In this document: positions 49,163 to 63,606 of the stretch, in pieces
Numbering within the stretch: position 1 is the first letter of the stretch
Layout of the letters: every line of letters begins with the position of its first letter
Source of the DNA: Proteromonas lacertae
Lineage: Eukaryota
DNA length: 64,000 nt
Assembly: GCA_002245135.1 (NCBI GenBank)
Contig: NGBS01000872.1
Span: forward strand, 434,001 to 498,000
Reading direction: 5' to 3'
The notes under the pieces: generated by a model
What the model was told of the DNA's origin: nothing
Seen by the model: the letters and a program-made list of their open reading frames with translations, nothing else
Databases searched by the model: none
Translations under genes and position numbers: made by a program

Positions 49163-51763
49163 ATGACCGAACAAAGCGAGATTGATGTATTTTAATCATC
49201 TATATGCTTTGTTTGATAGGAGTTATGCTTGTACACATTAGAAGAATCATATATGAAAGGTTATTTCAAATTATTAGAAATTCCTTTGGAATATTGTCCA
49301 AGTTACACTTTGGCTGCATCTGTTCAATCGCTTATAAATGTAATATACATTTTATACATTTATTTAGAGGAAGTTAAATTTCTTAACCCTTCAAACAGGT
49401 ATGTTATTGAGAATTGAATCTGTAATATAGCTTTATATTCATCATATACCCCTGCAAATACATATGTCACTGTTGATTTAGTAAAAGAAATAGCCGATAT
49501 AATAACACATTATATAAAATCAATATATCACACATGTATTGTCTTAATAGTTAATTTATTTGTCACATAGTCACTGATGAAACAAAATTAAATTGGAAAA
49601 ACACCAGAAATAAATGGAAAACAATTAAATCAGACGAAATAATAGCATATAATGAAACAAATCAAATCACTTATTCAATTTGTACAACTCCTCTTCATTC
49701 ATGTTTATTTTACTCAGTTCTGAAGGAATATGTAAAGTATATGTTTTTTATGTTATAATTAGTATATATGAGGTGAATAATCTATCATTTTTATTATTAT
49801 GTGCTGGATCATGTGCTGAATTGATTGGATTATTTGTATATTTGAATGAAATTAAGTATTATGAAAAAGAAATAAAAGTAACAATAATTGATCATGAAGT
49901 TAAATGGAAATCGATGTATGAATATTTTATTATTATTATTATTATTATATAATAGAATTGATTATTATAGTGATTTTTTTCATTCACATTATCCAAATAT
50001 AAAGTTTAATATTAATTTCATTGTGATGAATATGTTGTATAATATTATATATAATTATTTATATATATTTAGAGATAATAATTCATATTCAGATGAACTT
50101 ATTAGTTTATTTAACTCATCTACATACATTACACTCTGTATTAATATATAATTTTATGTTTAATTTAGTTTATGCTTTTTCTGAGATATTTGACAGGAAT
50201 ATGAATGATTCAATGATTATGTTAGAAAATATAAGAAATATTGTTGGAATGAATTCATATTTTATTATAGGTGAACCATGTATATTATATATATATAAAG
50301 ATATAATGTATATTGAATATTAGATTCCCATAATCAATTTAAAATCAATTCAGAAATATGTTATACTTATTTATCAAAAAGATGTGAAATGAAAAATGAT
50401 TTACATTTCAAAATATCAATTCATCAAGGAGATTTTGAGAAGAGTGATTTGAATAAGTTCGTGGAAGATTTTAGTTTGATATTTGGTGAAGAAATCAAAT
50501 TATCAAGCCATATCTGGTTGCAAGTATATCAATGTAATTCTACGCTTCCAAGAATTGATTTTATATCACCAAAAAGAGTAAAAGTTAATGATATTGTCAG
50601 TATATTATTACTATGTCCAAAACCAGCATTATATTATTATGATAATATGTTTGAATCTTACAATATAACTCACTATACTTTATATAATGATAATGAAATA
50701 CTTGACAATAGGATATTACATTATTGTTTAAACTATTCAGGTGGTGTTCTTATTATTTCTTATAATGATTTTGACTATTTAATTGGGAATAATTCAATCT
50801 CTGATGATGATAAAGAAAAGCTAAAAATGTGTGATATGATGATCTGTGATAATATTCAAATTATTGATAGACAAATTAAGAAAGTATATATTTCTTTACT
50901 TATTATATAATAAATAGTGTAAATTCAATAACTGTTTAATGAAAGAATTAATTGATAGATTTAATAATAGTAAAAGTAGAATTTATGTTTCTTACGATTT
51001 TAACAATGGCAATAATAATTACTCTTTAATAGAATCATCAAAATGTCAGACTGTTAGAGTCAATTATGATTTAGAGAAATATTTCAAGAATAACAACATA
51101 ATAGTAACAGAAACTACATTAGAGTGTAATTATTCTACAATTCAACAAACGTTGTTTGATTATATTAAAACTACACCTATAAATACTGATTTATCACTAA
51201 AACAATTATTAGATATAAATCCAGTATTAATACCGCAGTATATTCAAAAGACATACAAAAAGAAGCATGTTGATATTAAATCAAATGTTGGAAATATAAT
51301 ATCTAAATTTAATAGTGAAAATCTATATAGCGGTAAAACAAATAAATTGATTGAATTCATCAAAGAAAAACAATATAAGAAAATAGTCATTATTTTTAGA
51401 CTAAAACAATCTCAAGATTCAATTGAAACAGTTTTAAAATCATTTAAACATTCTTCGTTGTTGTATATAAATATATTACCATACAGAAATTGTCAAGTAT
51501 TTAGTTATTATTGTATTATTTTAATTCTATAGAATAGATTTACAAATGTAATAAAATCCTTAAAAGAAGAATGGAATATTTGTTTGTGCCATATATCATC
51601 ACTTGAAGATTATTTGGTTTTTCCATCTGATATAGATAATGTTATATTTTATGATGAAAATTTACCTTCTTTAACTCAACTATCTCACAAAGAAGTCATT
51701 TCTTTTTTTCATTCAAGGCATTCAAGCCAATCGTTCAATGTAATTGATCTTAATTATGTATGA
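49163..51763 (+). CDS. Multi-exon hypothetical: class I methyltransferase-like N-half plus degenerate SNF2 helicase-like C-half
   Basis: LLLCAGSCAELIGL...VTIID...W resembles SAM-binding motifs I/II. SGKTNKLIEFIKEKQYKKIVIIF resembles the start of the SNF2 helicase C domain. Confidence 0.45.
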
Positions 51764-51870
51764 GTTAATAAATTATCTTGTTATTGGGTCATTCGCTCTT
51801 TTATTAGTCTCTGAATAATTGTTTTTTCTCAAGCCAGTAGTTTGAACTATTCAAATCGTTTTTTCTTATA

Positions 51871-54800
51871 ATGGTATTAATAACTGTATTTAATGATATC
51901 TAGAGACAAATTGGTATTATACCCGCTGGTTGTCCAGGTTATGCCTTGAAATCTGTTGTGATTTCTTCACATTTCATAATTTATTGTTCTTCTTTAGCTA
52001 TTTATGTTTATAAGTATATAGTTATTGTTGTATATAATTAAATTAGTTATGAATCGTCTTTAATAGAAACAATTCTTGTTGGACATTCTCAACCAATTAC
52101 TCAACTATCTTTATCTCCAAATGATGAAAATACTCTAGTTTCTTCAGGTGATGATAGAACTATTATAGTTTGGGATTTAATTTCTTTAGCAATGGTGAGG
52201 CGTATTGAGTATTTTATATCCTAACTGTATGATTCAAATAGGATGGACTATTCTTCAATATATTTTTCAATATTACCATCAAAAGAAAAGTTAATAATAC
52301 CAGCTTTATTAGTTTCATATGAAAATTCCACTTTAAATTATGTTTCTGATAAACGAACAAAATCATTATGTTCAACATCATCAATAGTTACATGTATTCA
52401 ATGTGAATTTACTCTTAATAATGTATTATATAAGTAATATCTATCATTCAAAATAGAAAAATCAAACAGTTGTGTATGGAACAATAAATGGTGAAATTGG
52501 AGTTGGATATTTAGATAGTAATTTAAAATTCACTCATAAATTAATAACTACTAAAGATGAGATAGTGAACTATGGAGGAATAGTATCAATAGAGATAGAC
52601 CCTCATTCTCAAGATTATGTTTTAATTGGATGTGATAATGGTTATATTCTATTCTATGATATTGTCAAATCAAATAAGATAATGACATTCGAAAAAACAA
52701 GAAGTGGATTAAGAACAATTTTATGGTCTTATAATGAACCTGGTCAATTTATTACATCTAGTAATTGTAGTGGAGATTTATATATTTGGAGTATAGCAAA
52801 TACAACACCAATATCATCCTTTCATCTCGATAATTCATGTATAATATCATTAGCAAGTAATAAATATACAACTACATTTGTAGCTGCTACAAGGTATATA
52901 TATATATATTTATGAATGTAATATATTTGCTTAATAGAGAAGGATGTATTTTGTTATACAATTATAAAAAGAGAGTCGTTACTTACAAATCAAAATTAGC
53001 ACATACAGAGACAATTTATGATGTGAAGTTTAATCCAATAGATAATATGTCGTTTGCTACATGTAGTTATGATGGTACAATTCGTTTGTGGGATACTGAA
53101 ACAAAAACATGTCAAAATACATTAATTAATAAAGAACATTATTTCTATTATTCTTTATCATGGTCTTCAAGAGGTGATAAAATAGTTGTATCAGATAACA
53201 TGGGTAATATTCATATGTGGGATGTTGTATTAGGTAAATTATTAAAAACTGTAAATCTTGATAAGAATGTATACTTGAGTATTAATAATATAATTATTAG
53301 CCAATAATGAAATGTTCTTGGAATAAATCTTATGAAAAATACATTGCTGCAACTTCAACAAGTGGTGAAATCTATATAGTAGAAACAGTAAATTACTCTG
53401 TTAATTTTAAATTCAGTTTATCAACAAAATGTTATGGGATTCAATGGATTCCAAAACAATCAGTATAATTATTTGTAAATATAGTTTTTATTATAGAATT
53501 CATTTATTGTAGCAACTCATTCCGGAGAAATAGTGAAGTATGATTTAACAAAGAGTAAAGATAAACCAGTTATGCAGTTTAGCAGTCATTCTCAAAGAGC
53601 ATTCGGTTTGAAATTCAATTATTTATATCCAAATTTATTTGCAAGTACAAGTGATGATTATACAATCAAAGTGTGGAATGTTTCATCAGGTGAATTAATG
53701 TGCACTTTAGAAGGTCATACAAATTATGTTAGAACAATTGATTGGAATTATGAAGTAGCATCATTATTATTATCAGGTGGATGGGATGGAACAATAAGAA
53801 TATGGGATATTCATAAAAAGAGATGTTTAAAAATTGTTAGTGATCATAGCAGTGATATTTATGGAATTGTTTCTCATCCTAATAGACCATTTTATTATAT
53901 AACTGTATCTAAAGATTCTACAATTAGATTTTGGTTATTGAAGGATATTGTTCGTAAATTATTGATTAAATTCATTCTAAAACGTCCTTTAAATGAATTG
54001 CAATATTCTTTGTCTTTGCATTATGATTATAATTCTCCTACATTACTTAATAAATCTCCACTATTTGCTCAAATATCTTCAGGAACAGATTATGAGAAGT
54101 ATTGGAAAATATATACATATTTATCTGGTGAAAATGGAATGTATGAGTTATGGTCAATGGTAAAATGTAATTTACATCGAAATACAACTCCACCCAATTG
54201 TCAAGTAATACATATAAGAGATGTATCGAATTATTTAAAAGATGAAGCATTGAAATTTGAAAATGATGCAAAGACTAATAACTTTATTCATTCATCAAAA
54301 ATGACAAAGAATGAGGTGATTATGAAAGCTGCTAATGCATATATAAAATTTGGTGATTTTGAGAAGTATTGTGAGCTAATGATCGATGCAGGTGAATGGA
54401 AGAAAGCATTGATAGTAGCTCCAAAAGTAAGTAAGAACTATTGGATGGAATTATGTACTAGATATTCCAATTATTTAGAGAAGAATGATAGTGAAGATGT
54501 TATACTATATCATGTAGTGACAAAGTCATATTTACAATTATTACAGTATTTGTATAGACATGGTTTATATCAAGAAGCTTTAATTTTACATTGTATGTAT
54601 GATTCTGAAGAGTATAAAGCCATAAATACTGAAACTCCCGGATTGTATAGAACTGTTAATACAGACAGTATAATCAATCTAAATTTAGATATGAAATCAG
54701 ATTTTGAAGTACAAAAGACAGTGGAATTGCTAAGTTCGAATTATTATAATAAAGGAGAACCATTTCTTGGTGCAGCTTGGTATTTAGCTATAAATAATAC

Positions 54801-55705
54801 AAAAAAAGCTTTACAGATATTGTCAGATGCAGGTGAAGTTGAATTAGCATATATATTGAGTCTAAATTTTTTTAGTTCCATTAAAATCATTAACTTTAGA
54901 TAATTTATGTAAAAGACTTAATTCATTAGGATATGACAAAGAAGCTTGTCAAATATACTCAAATATGAATTCTAAGAAGTTCTTATTCCAGTTTTGTGGT
55001 AGATGTGCATCTAATAAAGAATTAGCAGCAAAGATATTTTCATTTGCTGGTTATCGTGCTCCAGAATCATACAAAGACTCTGCAGAATCTGTAATGAAAG
55101 AAAATGATCTTCAATCAGCCTTAAAATGTTATATTTTATGTGCAGATACAGAAAGAGCAATAACAATTGGAGTTCAATTAATTAATCAATGCTTTCAAAC
55201 ACCAACATGGAATTGGTCTGAAATAAGACATGTAATATATGATTTACATTCTGCAGATGTATCTAAATTGTCTGATAGTTTAAAAGGGTTGTATTTGTCT
55301 TATTGTTCATTCTTTGGATTGATTGAAGCAATATGGATGCTATACACTCCCATTATCCAACCAATGTATAATAATTTACTTAAGTTGATACAAAAATATA
55401 ATATAAATTTTCCTGTGAAATCAGAGATTATTACCTCAATAGTGAATCAATATATTAATAGACAAAGTCATCAATACAATGAATCTCACAGACGTTGTGC
55501 AATTATTGTTTATGGTAATGAACTCCCAACTAAATGTCCTGAGAATAAATTGTATTTCTTTAATGAAAGGAAAAGATCATTAATTGGTCCTATTTACCCT
55601 TTAAATGATAAATATGTAATTACTTTACAAGAAGCTTTAATGTGGATGAAAGTTAATCCATATTCTCCTTTAAATACAGGAGAAAGACTTGATCAAATTA
55701 ATTAA
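51871..55705 (+). CDS. WDR17: WD repeat-containing protein 17
   Basis: Spliced start M|RQIGIIPAGC, many WD40 repeats, YCELMIDAGEWKKALIVAPKVSKNYW, and C-terminal EALMWMKVNPYSPLNTG. One frame break at ~54860-54875. Confidence 0.88.
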
Positions 55706-55783
55706 ATAAATTGGTTTTAGTGTTTTTTGACATTTTTTGTTTTTAATACACACAAACTAAAAGCTTGAGTCAAAATATTTTAA

Positions 55784-56798
55784 ATGGAATTTGAGATTGT
55801 TAGAATACCTTGGTATATAAAATTAGCTAATTATTGTCATGAACGTGTTATTATTCCAGTAAGGACCCCTTCAGGAACTCCATATTATGAAAGGACATGT
55901 ATTTAACTATATCTTTATTATCTAGGGCTATTATATATTATTATGTGTTTTGAAGATTTTATTGTATTGCTTCCAAATTTGCCCTTCTTGTATTTTGTGG
56001 GAATTATTTATTCTTAGTTATAATGTAACTTCAGATGAAATTAGATATTATTTAAATCCTTTTGTGATAAAGTTGTTTGTATTTCTATATGATTTTATTC
56101 TACTAATACTGGGGACAATAGTTATAATTCACAATTGTATTTATAATGTTTAATGAATGATAGATCGTAATGTAACACAAGGAGAGTTTAGTAAAATCAA
56201 TTTTATAATCATTCCAGTTGTATAATCACTTTATATAGTTAACTAGTTTCCTTTATTCGTAATTTTAACATTCTTACAATCGGCATATGATAGGAATGAG
56301 CAATTTACTATATTAATAGGTTTTGTAATGATGGTAGATGGTCTAGAAGCAATATCAGGTCTTTGTGTATGATTATAGTTGTTGCTATTATGAAATAGGA
56401 AATCAGTTTTGGTTATAATGTATATTTCAGACTTATTATGTTAATTGCAACATTAATATTTCTATTGACATTATACAATGCTTCTTTTACATATTCTACA
56501 TTTGCTTTGCTTGTTCCATACACGTTATTTAGCTTAAGAAATAAAGGAGTTCAAAGACAGTTTTCTGTAGAAGTTGTTACTCAGTATAATTATCATTTAT
56601 ATATATATACTTCTATTTATTAGTTATTTGGGGTTATATTTTGCTCCAATTCTATCACCAGTTTTGATATTCATTGTTTATGTAATGACACTTTTAGGTA
56701 TGTTGTATTTGATTTACTCTTCTATAATGATGTTGGTAGAAAGGTTTTGTCCATTTTGTCTAAATTGTTTTTTCTGCTGTTGTAGTAATAATAGGTAA
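55784..56798 (+). CDS. Polytopic membrane protein with Cys-rich C-terminal tail
   Basis: Several hydrophobic exons separated by ~27-32 nt introns. Ends RFCPFCLNCFFCCCSNNR. Confidence 0.6.
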
Positions 56799-56992
56799 AT
56801 GATTGTAGTAAAAAATAGAATAGAAATTTTCATTTTTCATATCTATTTATTTATAATAGTATAATAAATTTTAGATTTTATCAATTTATATATTGTTTTT
56901 TTTATTTATAATAGAAATAATGAATTGAATAGAATAAAGACATAATTACTAATTAACGAATGAAAAACTAAAAAAATCAAATAAATATTCTT

Positions 56993-58136
56993 TTACACTG
57001 TTTCACCTATCTCTTCATATCTTTTAACTTGTACAAAATCCAAATATGGTTCTCCTGTCTCAATTATTGGTATTGGTAATGATTCAGTTGTATCTCCACA
57101 AAATGAAACTTCACCATCATCATCTTCATCCATTGAATTTTTAGTTCTTTGATAGAAAGAATAATCTGTAGTTGTTGTTGTAGAATTTTCATCTATTCTG
57201 TTATAATTACATTCACTCTCTTCTTCTCCACTACTTCTATTCTGTTTTCTAGGACTTAAATTGTATTGTTTAATTATTTTTTTAGTTCTAGGTGAAAAGA
57301 CATTTCTATATTTACTATTATTACTATTTGAACTTTGGCTGTAATGAACAGAATCTTGTTCTTCATTATCATTGTTATTATCATAATCTTCTTTTAAGGG
57401 ATTTGGTTTTATTACTTTACATCCACAAAATCCTTGATATGGAATATATGGCAATGGTTCAGATACACCTGCATTCATCACTTCCCATTCGTTTAATGTT
57501 ATTCTTCTTGGAGATTCTTCAGATGTTGGATATTGAGTAAAGGATGAAAGCATATGCAAATGAGTAACATTAGGATTAAATGATAATCTATTTACTTCTG
57601 GCATTTTAGATGGAATATATTTTGCTTGTTGCTCTTTCATTATAGCATGTTCTAGTTTTATTTTATTGGTTTTGGGTTTTTCATAATCATACATTGCTTC
57701 TTTTCTTTTATGTACCTGTTCTAATTGCGAATTAAACAATACAGGAGAGTGTCTTATTGGTTTTACATAGGATAATACACCTAATTTATTATTAATTTGA
57801 CCAAAATAATGAACTCTGTAAGTATTTTCTGATTTAGCTCTTTTGATTTCATCTTCTTTCTTTGAAAAGTTGAAAAAATCTTTGTCATAAACATGTTGTC
57901 TTGCTGTTTTTGGTGGTTCTGGTGGTGACACAAGAAATCCATATTCATTTCTATCATAAACTCTCCTTGAAGTTTCCCATTTTAATGGCTACATTATAAT
58001 ATATTGTTTATACTGGTCTTTCAGCCTTCCATGGCTTTTCTTTCTTCAATTTTGACTAAATATTACCCAAATTAATATATACTCTTGCTATACTCATAGC
58101 TGTTTCAGTTTGAACAACTACTTCTGGTAGATTCAT
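56993..58136 (-). CDS. Hypothetical protein, largely disordered
   Basis: ATG at 58136. Two short phase-0 introns lead into the 312 aa ORF. Confidence 0.65.
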
Positions 58137-58205
58137 GAGATATATAAATCTGTTTTTTGTTATAGAAATATGTTCGTTTCAGAATAACTGTTATTTTTTT
58201 TCAAA

Positions 58206-61200
58206 ATGAAAATTGGGATTGATTTTGGATCTACTCATATAGTTATATCTACCATTTCAAAAAATCCAGATATGAAGTCTAAAGATTTCATATTTGATTG
58301 TATCACAAAGTCGTATTTACACTTATCTACTAACATTTAGTTCACCTTTCAAAATAGCATATGATTCCCTACTAAAATCATCCGTTCTAGTATTTTATTT
58401 ATTTCTATTTATCGTTTAGACATTCGAATCAGAATCAAAGCCATTAATGACTATAAAAGATCAATTAGGAAAATTAGCTAGTGATATAAATGATATTGTT
58501 CCATTTCTAGATCCATTTGTATCACAATCAAAAAGTGATGAAATTTTATATCCTGTATTAATCTTTTATGTATAATAAAAATAGGTCACTTATTTACATC
58601 TTACATATAATTTAACCATCATTGAATTTTTTATTTTAGTTATTACTCACCTTTATCATTCAACAGCATTAACAGACTGTGTTTTTTCTCTTCCCTCATA
58701 CTATACATCTGAACAAATAAATCTATTATCCATAATATTAGAAGCATGTGATGTTAAATACAAGTGTTTTATTCCTGAATATGTTGCTTCTGCTTTATAT
58801 TATGGATATAGTTATAATCACAAATATTATAATTCACACCAAGAACAATTAATCGTTTTAATTGATATGGGGTATGTTGGAATGAATGTCACATCAGTTA
58901 AATATAAAAGAGTATAATTTATTCAATATTTTATTTGCTTTTATAGAATCAATGTGAAATATTAACTCATTGTAATGATCAAACTTTAGGTAGTAGAATA
59001 ATAGATCAAATATTAACAAATTATGTAATTGGTTTAATTAGAAAGGAGTATGATGTTGATATTCATAAATATCCTGAGGTTTATGTACAAGTGAAGCAAG
59101 TAGCAATACAAATCAAAGAACAATTTAGTAAGAATAAAAATCTATCAAATGTATTCATTATTCTTATGTTATATATATATAGATTCCTATAACAATAAAA
59201 GATTTTTATGACGGTAGAAATTTCACATTTACATTCAATGAATCTACATTTAATTCACTACTAACAGACAATAATTTACATACACAATTAGTGCAATTAT
59301 TAGATGAAGCTTTAGATCCATTACATTTAAGTGATGTTGAAGGAAGTTCACTACAAATGATATTATTTGGTGGAACTGGGAATATATTTTTATTTCAACA
59401 AACTATTTCCAATTATTTGTCTAATACTTTACATAATAGAAATCCATTGTTATTATCTCAAAATACAGATATTATATCGTTAGGAGCTTCTTATTATCAA
59501 GTTTTATTGGAAAAATCATGGAATTATATATTAATAGATGAAACAAATTCAAATATAAGCCAAAATATTGAGCAATGTAAAGGATTACCAGTTGATGTGA
59601 TGTTGAAAGCAAATATTGAGATTTTGAGGAAAGAAGTTAATGTTAAAGAATGTCAATATCAAATGCTTGTAGAAAAGAAGAATGAATTATCAAATTTAGT
59701 GTATTAATATAAATTTAATCATTTATTTATATATATGCATTAGTCAAACCTATCAACGAACTTTATCTCTTTATCCTTTTTCAAATCAGAAGAGTCAGTT
59801 ATTAACAATGTTGGATAATGAAAGAAATAAATTGAATACAGAAACATATCTACATAACAACTCAATAGAGAATATACAAATGACAATTAATAATGTCAAT
59901 AAAGAATATTCAAAGTATAAATCAGAACATACATATCAAAATATGTTACCTCCACAATCTCCAGTCGTATCATCAGATTTACTAACAACAGCTACTTCTA
60001 CATTAAGAAATTTCTTGTTTTTATACTCTTCTCATGAAGCATTATTTAATAAAATATCAATTCCTTCAACTTTATATATGCCCAATTCATTAGAGTTTAT
60101 TAATAATGAATACTTACAAGGAATTGATTCAAGTAGATTATATGCAATTACAATTGATATTAATTCAGTATTATCAGTAATGAATGTATAAATGAATTAT
60201 TTTTTAATAATATATATATATATATATGTATAGCAAATAATCTCCAATTACTACACTGATGCAAATAAAGATCAACTAATAGCAAAAATCATTCCTTTAT
60301 ATAATGAATATCAACAAATACCTTTAGTTTACATGAAATACCCACAGATGCATAAATATTTATGTTTAAATACAACTCAAAATTTCATACCAATATCATA
60401 TTTCAATTTCAAAACAATCAGTGATTTATTATATATCTATCATGAGTTAACAAATATTATCTCAAAAGAAGTATAATTATATTTTTAATATACTTTTAGA
60501 GTGTAAGTAGTATTGATTTTATACCTCCTGATAATACAAATAGAGTTATTTTAATTCAAAATATTCATCATTTATTAGATCAATTTGAAATATTCTCTAA
60601 AGATTTTCCTGAAATATTACCAACTATAACAGTACCTTCAAGTTTTTACAAGTAAAACTACAAATAGATTACTCACTGAATCAGAATTGAATTTGATGAG
60701 ATATGGTGATTTACAATCAGTTTATAAAGAATTGAATAATATTATACTTTTATATACAGTATATTTTAAATCTCCTATTTATATAGAAACTGATAATTGA
60801 AGTGAGAAAAACTTACATTACTGATAAAGTACAGTATTTGAAAAGACAATTAGATTATCATCCAGCAGCTATAATTCAACATAAAACAAAAATATTACAT
60901 TATTACTACTTAATTCAATCAAATCTCTATAAAGAATGTACAAAATTTGATGAATTATCAATCATTTATAACGATGTATATTCATTAACTCAACAATGTA
61001 ATATCTTGTTACAAGATGATATAATACAAAGCATAATTGATTTTCTGTATAATTTTATTAAAAACTATTTATATATAATAACGTAGAAATGAATTGAGTA
61101 ATTTAAGAATAACTGATCCTAAAACATATGAATTCTTATGTATTCCATCTGATTTTCCTCTTAATGCTTCAAAAGCTGATTTATTCAAATTAACTCCTCA

Positions 61201-61870
61201 ACAATTAGATAAATTACTAACTCAAATGGATGATATAAAATCTCAAATGGAAAATGCAAAGAAAAAGTATGAGATGGTTGTTAAAAAGAAAGAAGAGACA
61301 TTTCAACAAGTCAAAGATGAATTTCAAGAATTACAAGAATTATATAACAAATATCATGAATATGTAAGTGAAAAGTTAAATCATCAAGTATATGATTTTC
61401 TACAAAAAGTACCAACAACAAAGGAGAATTTAACAACAAAAGATTTAAGTGATTTATTATTCTTATGTCATCAACATAAAAGCGATTATTGTGGTGCATT
61501 AAGAGAATATTTCAATACAAATATCGATAATTTAAGAACCAATAACACTGATATGTTGAAAAGATATCCAAAGGTTTTAAGACCATATTCAGGTGATATA
61601 TTAAGTTATAAAAATGGAGATAGTTCTGTTGATTTCTTATACACTACATATAAAGAATTAGTGTCATTGAATAACAAACTAATTATTCTAGTTGTAGATT
61701 ATTTATTAGATAAAATACATGTAGGAATGTATAACTATATAATATTTTTTATTATATATTATAGTGACACATTAAAGATAAATATCAACAGAATTCCAAA
61801 ATTATCAAGAAAGCCGTACAATAACTACATTGATCAAATCTACGAGTTATTAGATTGCTATGAGAGATAG
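58206..61870 (+). CDS. Highly divergent Hsp70/Hsp110-like ATPase domain followed by a long helical region
   Basis: MKIGIDFGST, IPEYVASALYYG, LIDMG, DQTLGSRIIDQIL and LFGGTG appear in Hsp70 NBD order. Many short introns. Confidence 0.7.
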
Positions 61871-63606
61871 TAAAAACGTAGCAATGTTTCAATATATATT
61901 GAATTGCATTAATAAAACAAATAAAAACTTTGGAAATCCTTGTATGGGATATGAGAAGATTATTACTCCAGTATTAATATATATATATATATATATATAT
62001 TATTATTATAGATAATAATCGATAATCAAATAAGAGCATCAGGTGAAGATCCAGCTGATGTTTTAGATATGGATGAATATGGACATAGTAGACATTTATA
62101 CGATCCAAGAGGCATTCATGTATGTGAAACATGTTTAAGAAGAGATGGTGATATATATGCTAATTATGAAATTACCATAAAACAAAAGAAAGGAGGAGGA
62201 CAATTATTTGAAGCACATTCTGCAAGATCTCCTTTGAGAAGAAGAGCAAAATCAGTTTCATATTCAAATAATAATAACACAGTGAATAATAGTTTTTTAA
62301 CACCAAATAATGATAAAGAAAGAACCACAAAATCACTTTATACACCAACACATAACAATTGGAATGAAACAGATGATGGTTATTTATATTTGAAAGCTGA
62401 TAGTACAATAAATAAAATAAGAAGACCTCAGTCTGCAAATCCTTATATTCAAATCAATAAAAAATCAGATTTAGCAACTTCAACATCAACCACTCCAATA
62501 ACAACAATAAAAGAGAATATTTACACTCCGTCTATAATGTCTGTTAATACAACTCCACAAAAACATAATTATGATGATGAAGTTGTTCCTGGAAGAAGTT
62601 ATTATGCATATAATAACTTTTATAATAATAAAAGTAATACATCATTATTTTCACCAAAACCACCATCTGCAACTACATCACCTTCTTCATTTACAAATCA
62701 TTTATCTTCCAATCATAATAGTTCAAATAATCTACATAAATCAAATAGTAGATTCTCTCTTAATAATACTAGTTATACGAATAGACCTTCATCTTCTGGA
62801 AGAAGAACATATGTAAATAGTAGTAACAATGATTCACCAACAAAAAAGTCAGTAACATTTGAAGATAATAACAAAACAAGAGGTGAAATGTTAAATACAA
62901 CATCATCATTACCATCTCAACCAATAATATCAAGTCATTCTAATTTTGCTCCCCCAGCTGATAGTTTTGTAGCTTCACATTCAGTAAGATCAAAAGGAGA
63001 AACAGATTATTATAAACATGATGATGAAGATTCAGAAATAAAGAGGTTAAATCCAAATCCAATATATGATATAGATAATCTACTAGAAGGTTATTTATTA
63101 CGAGATGGTGTAATGAGTTGGTACTCTGTAATGGTGACTAAGAAATATCCAGATTGTTCGTATGATGTGATTTGTTTATTTGATAATAAATACTACTACA
63201 ATGTAACAGAGAATCATTTAAGAGAAGTGTTATATCATGAAGGAGAATATGTTGAATATAGAGTATGTAATTGGGGTTATTTAAGAGGTTATATAATGAA
63301 GAGAAATGTAGATAATACTTATAATATAGCTGTTGATAAGAATGAATTTAAATCAGTTAATACAAGGAATTTGAAAAGAATCAACAATAGAAAACAAAAA
63401 CATATTGGTTATCATTACCATGCCAATGATATAGTATATATTAGAGGGGAGAATCCAATAAAAGCTGTTATTATGTGTTCTTACACCGATAGAACGTATA
63501 TATTTCTATATATTTATATTTCATTAGATATGATATCCGTCTATTTTCTGATAAGATGATATATTATTGTGTGCCTGAGAATATTTTAACAAAAATAGTA
63601 AATTAA
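61860..63606 (+). CDS. Ser/Asn/Thr-rich protein with C-terminal Tudor/Agenet-like repeats (possibly the 3' part of the preceding gene)
   Basis: Frame MRDSKN... splices into ORF 62069-63559. Repeats of type YHxGExVEYR...GYIMKRNVDNTYNI. The last exon ends at TAA 63604-63606. Confidence 0.55.
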
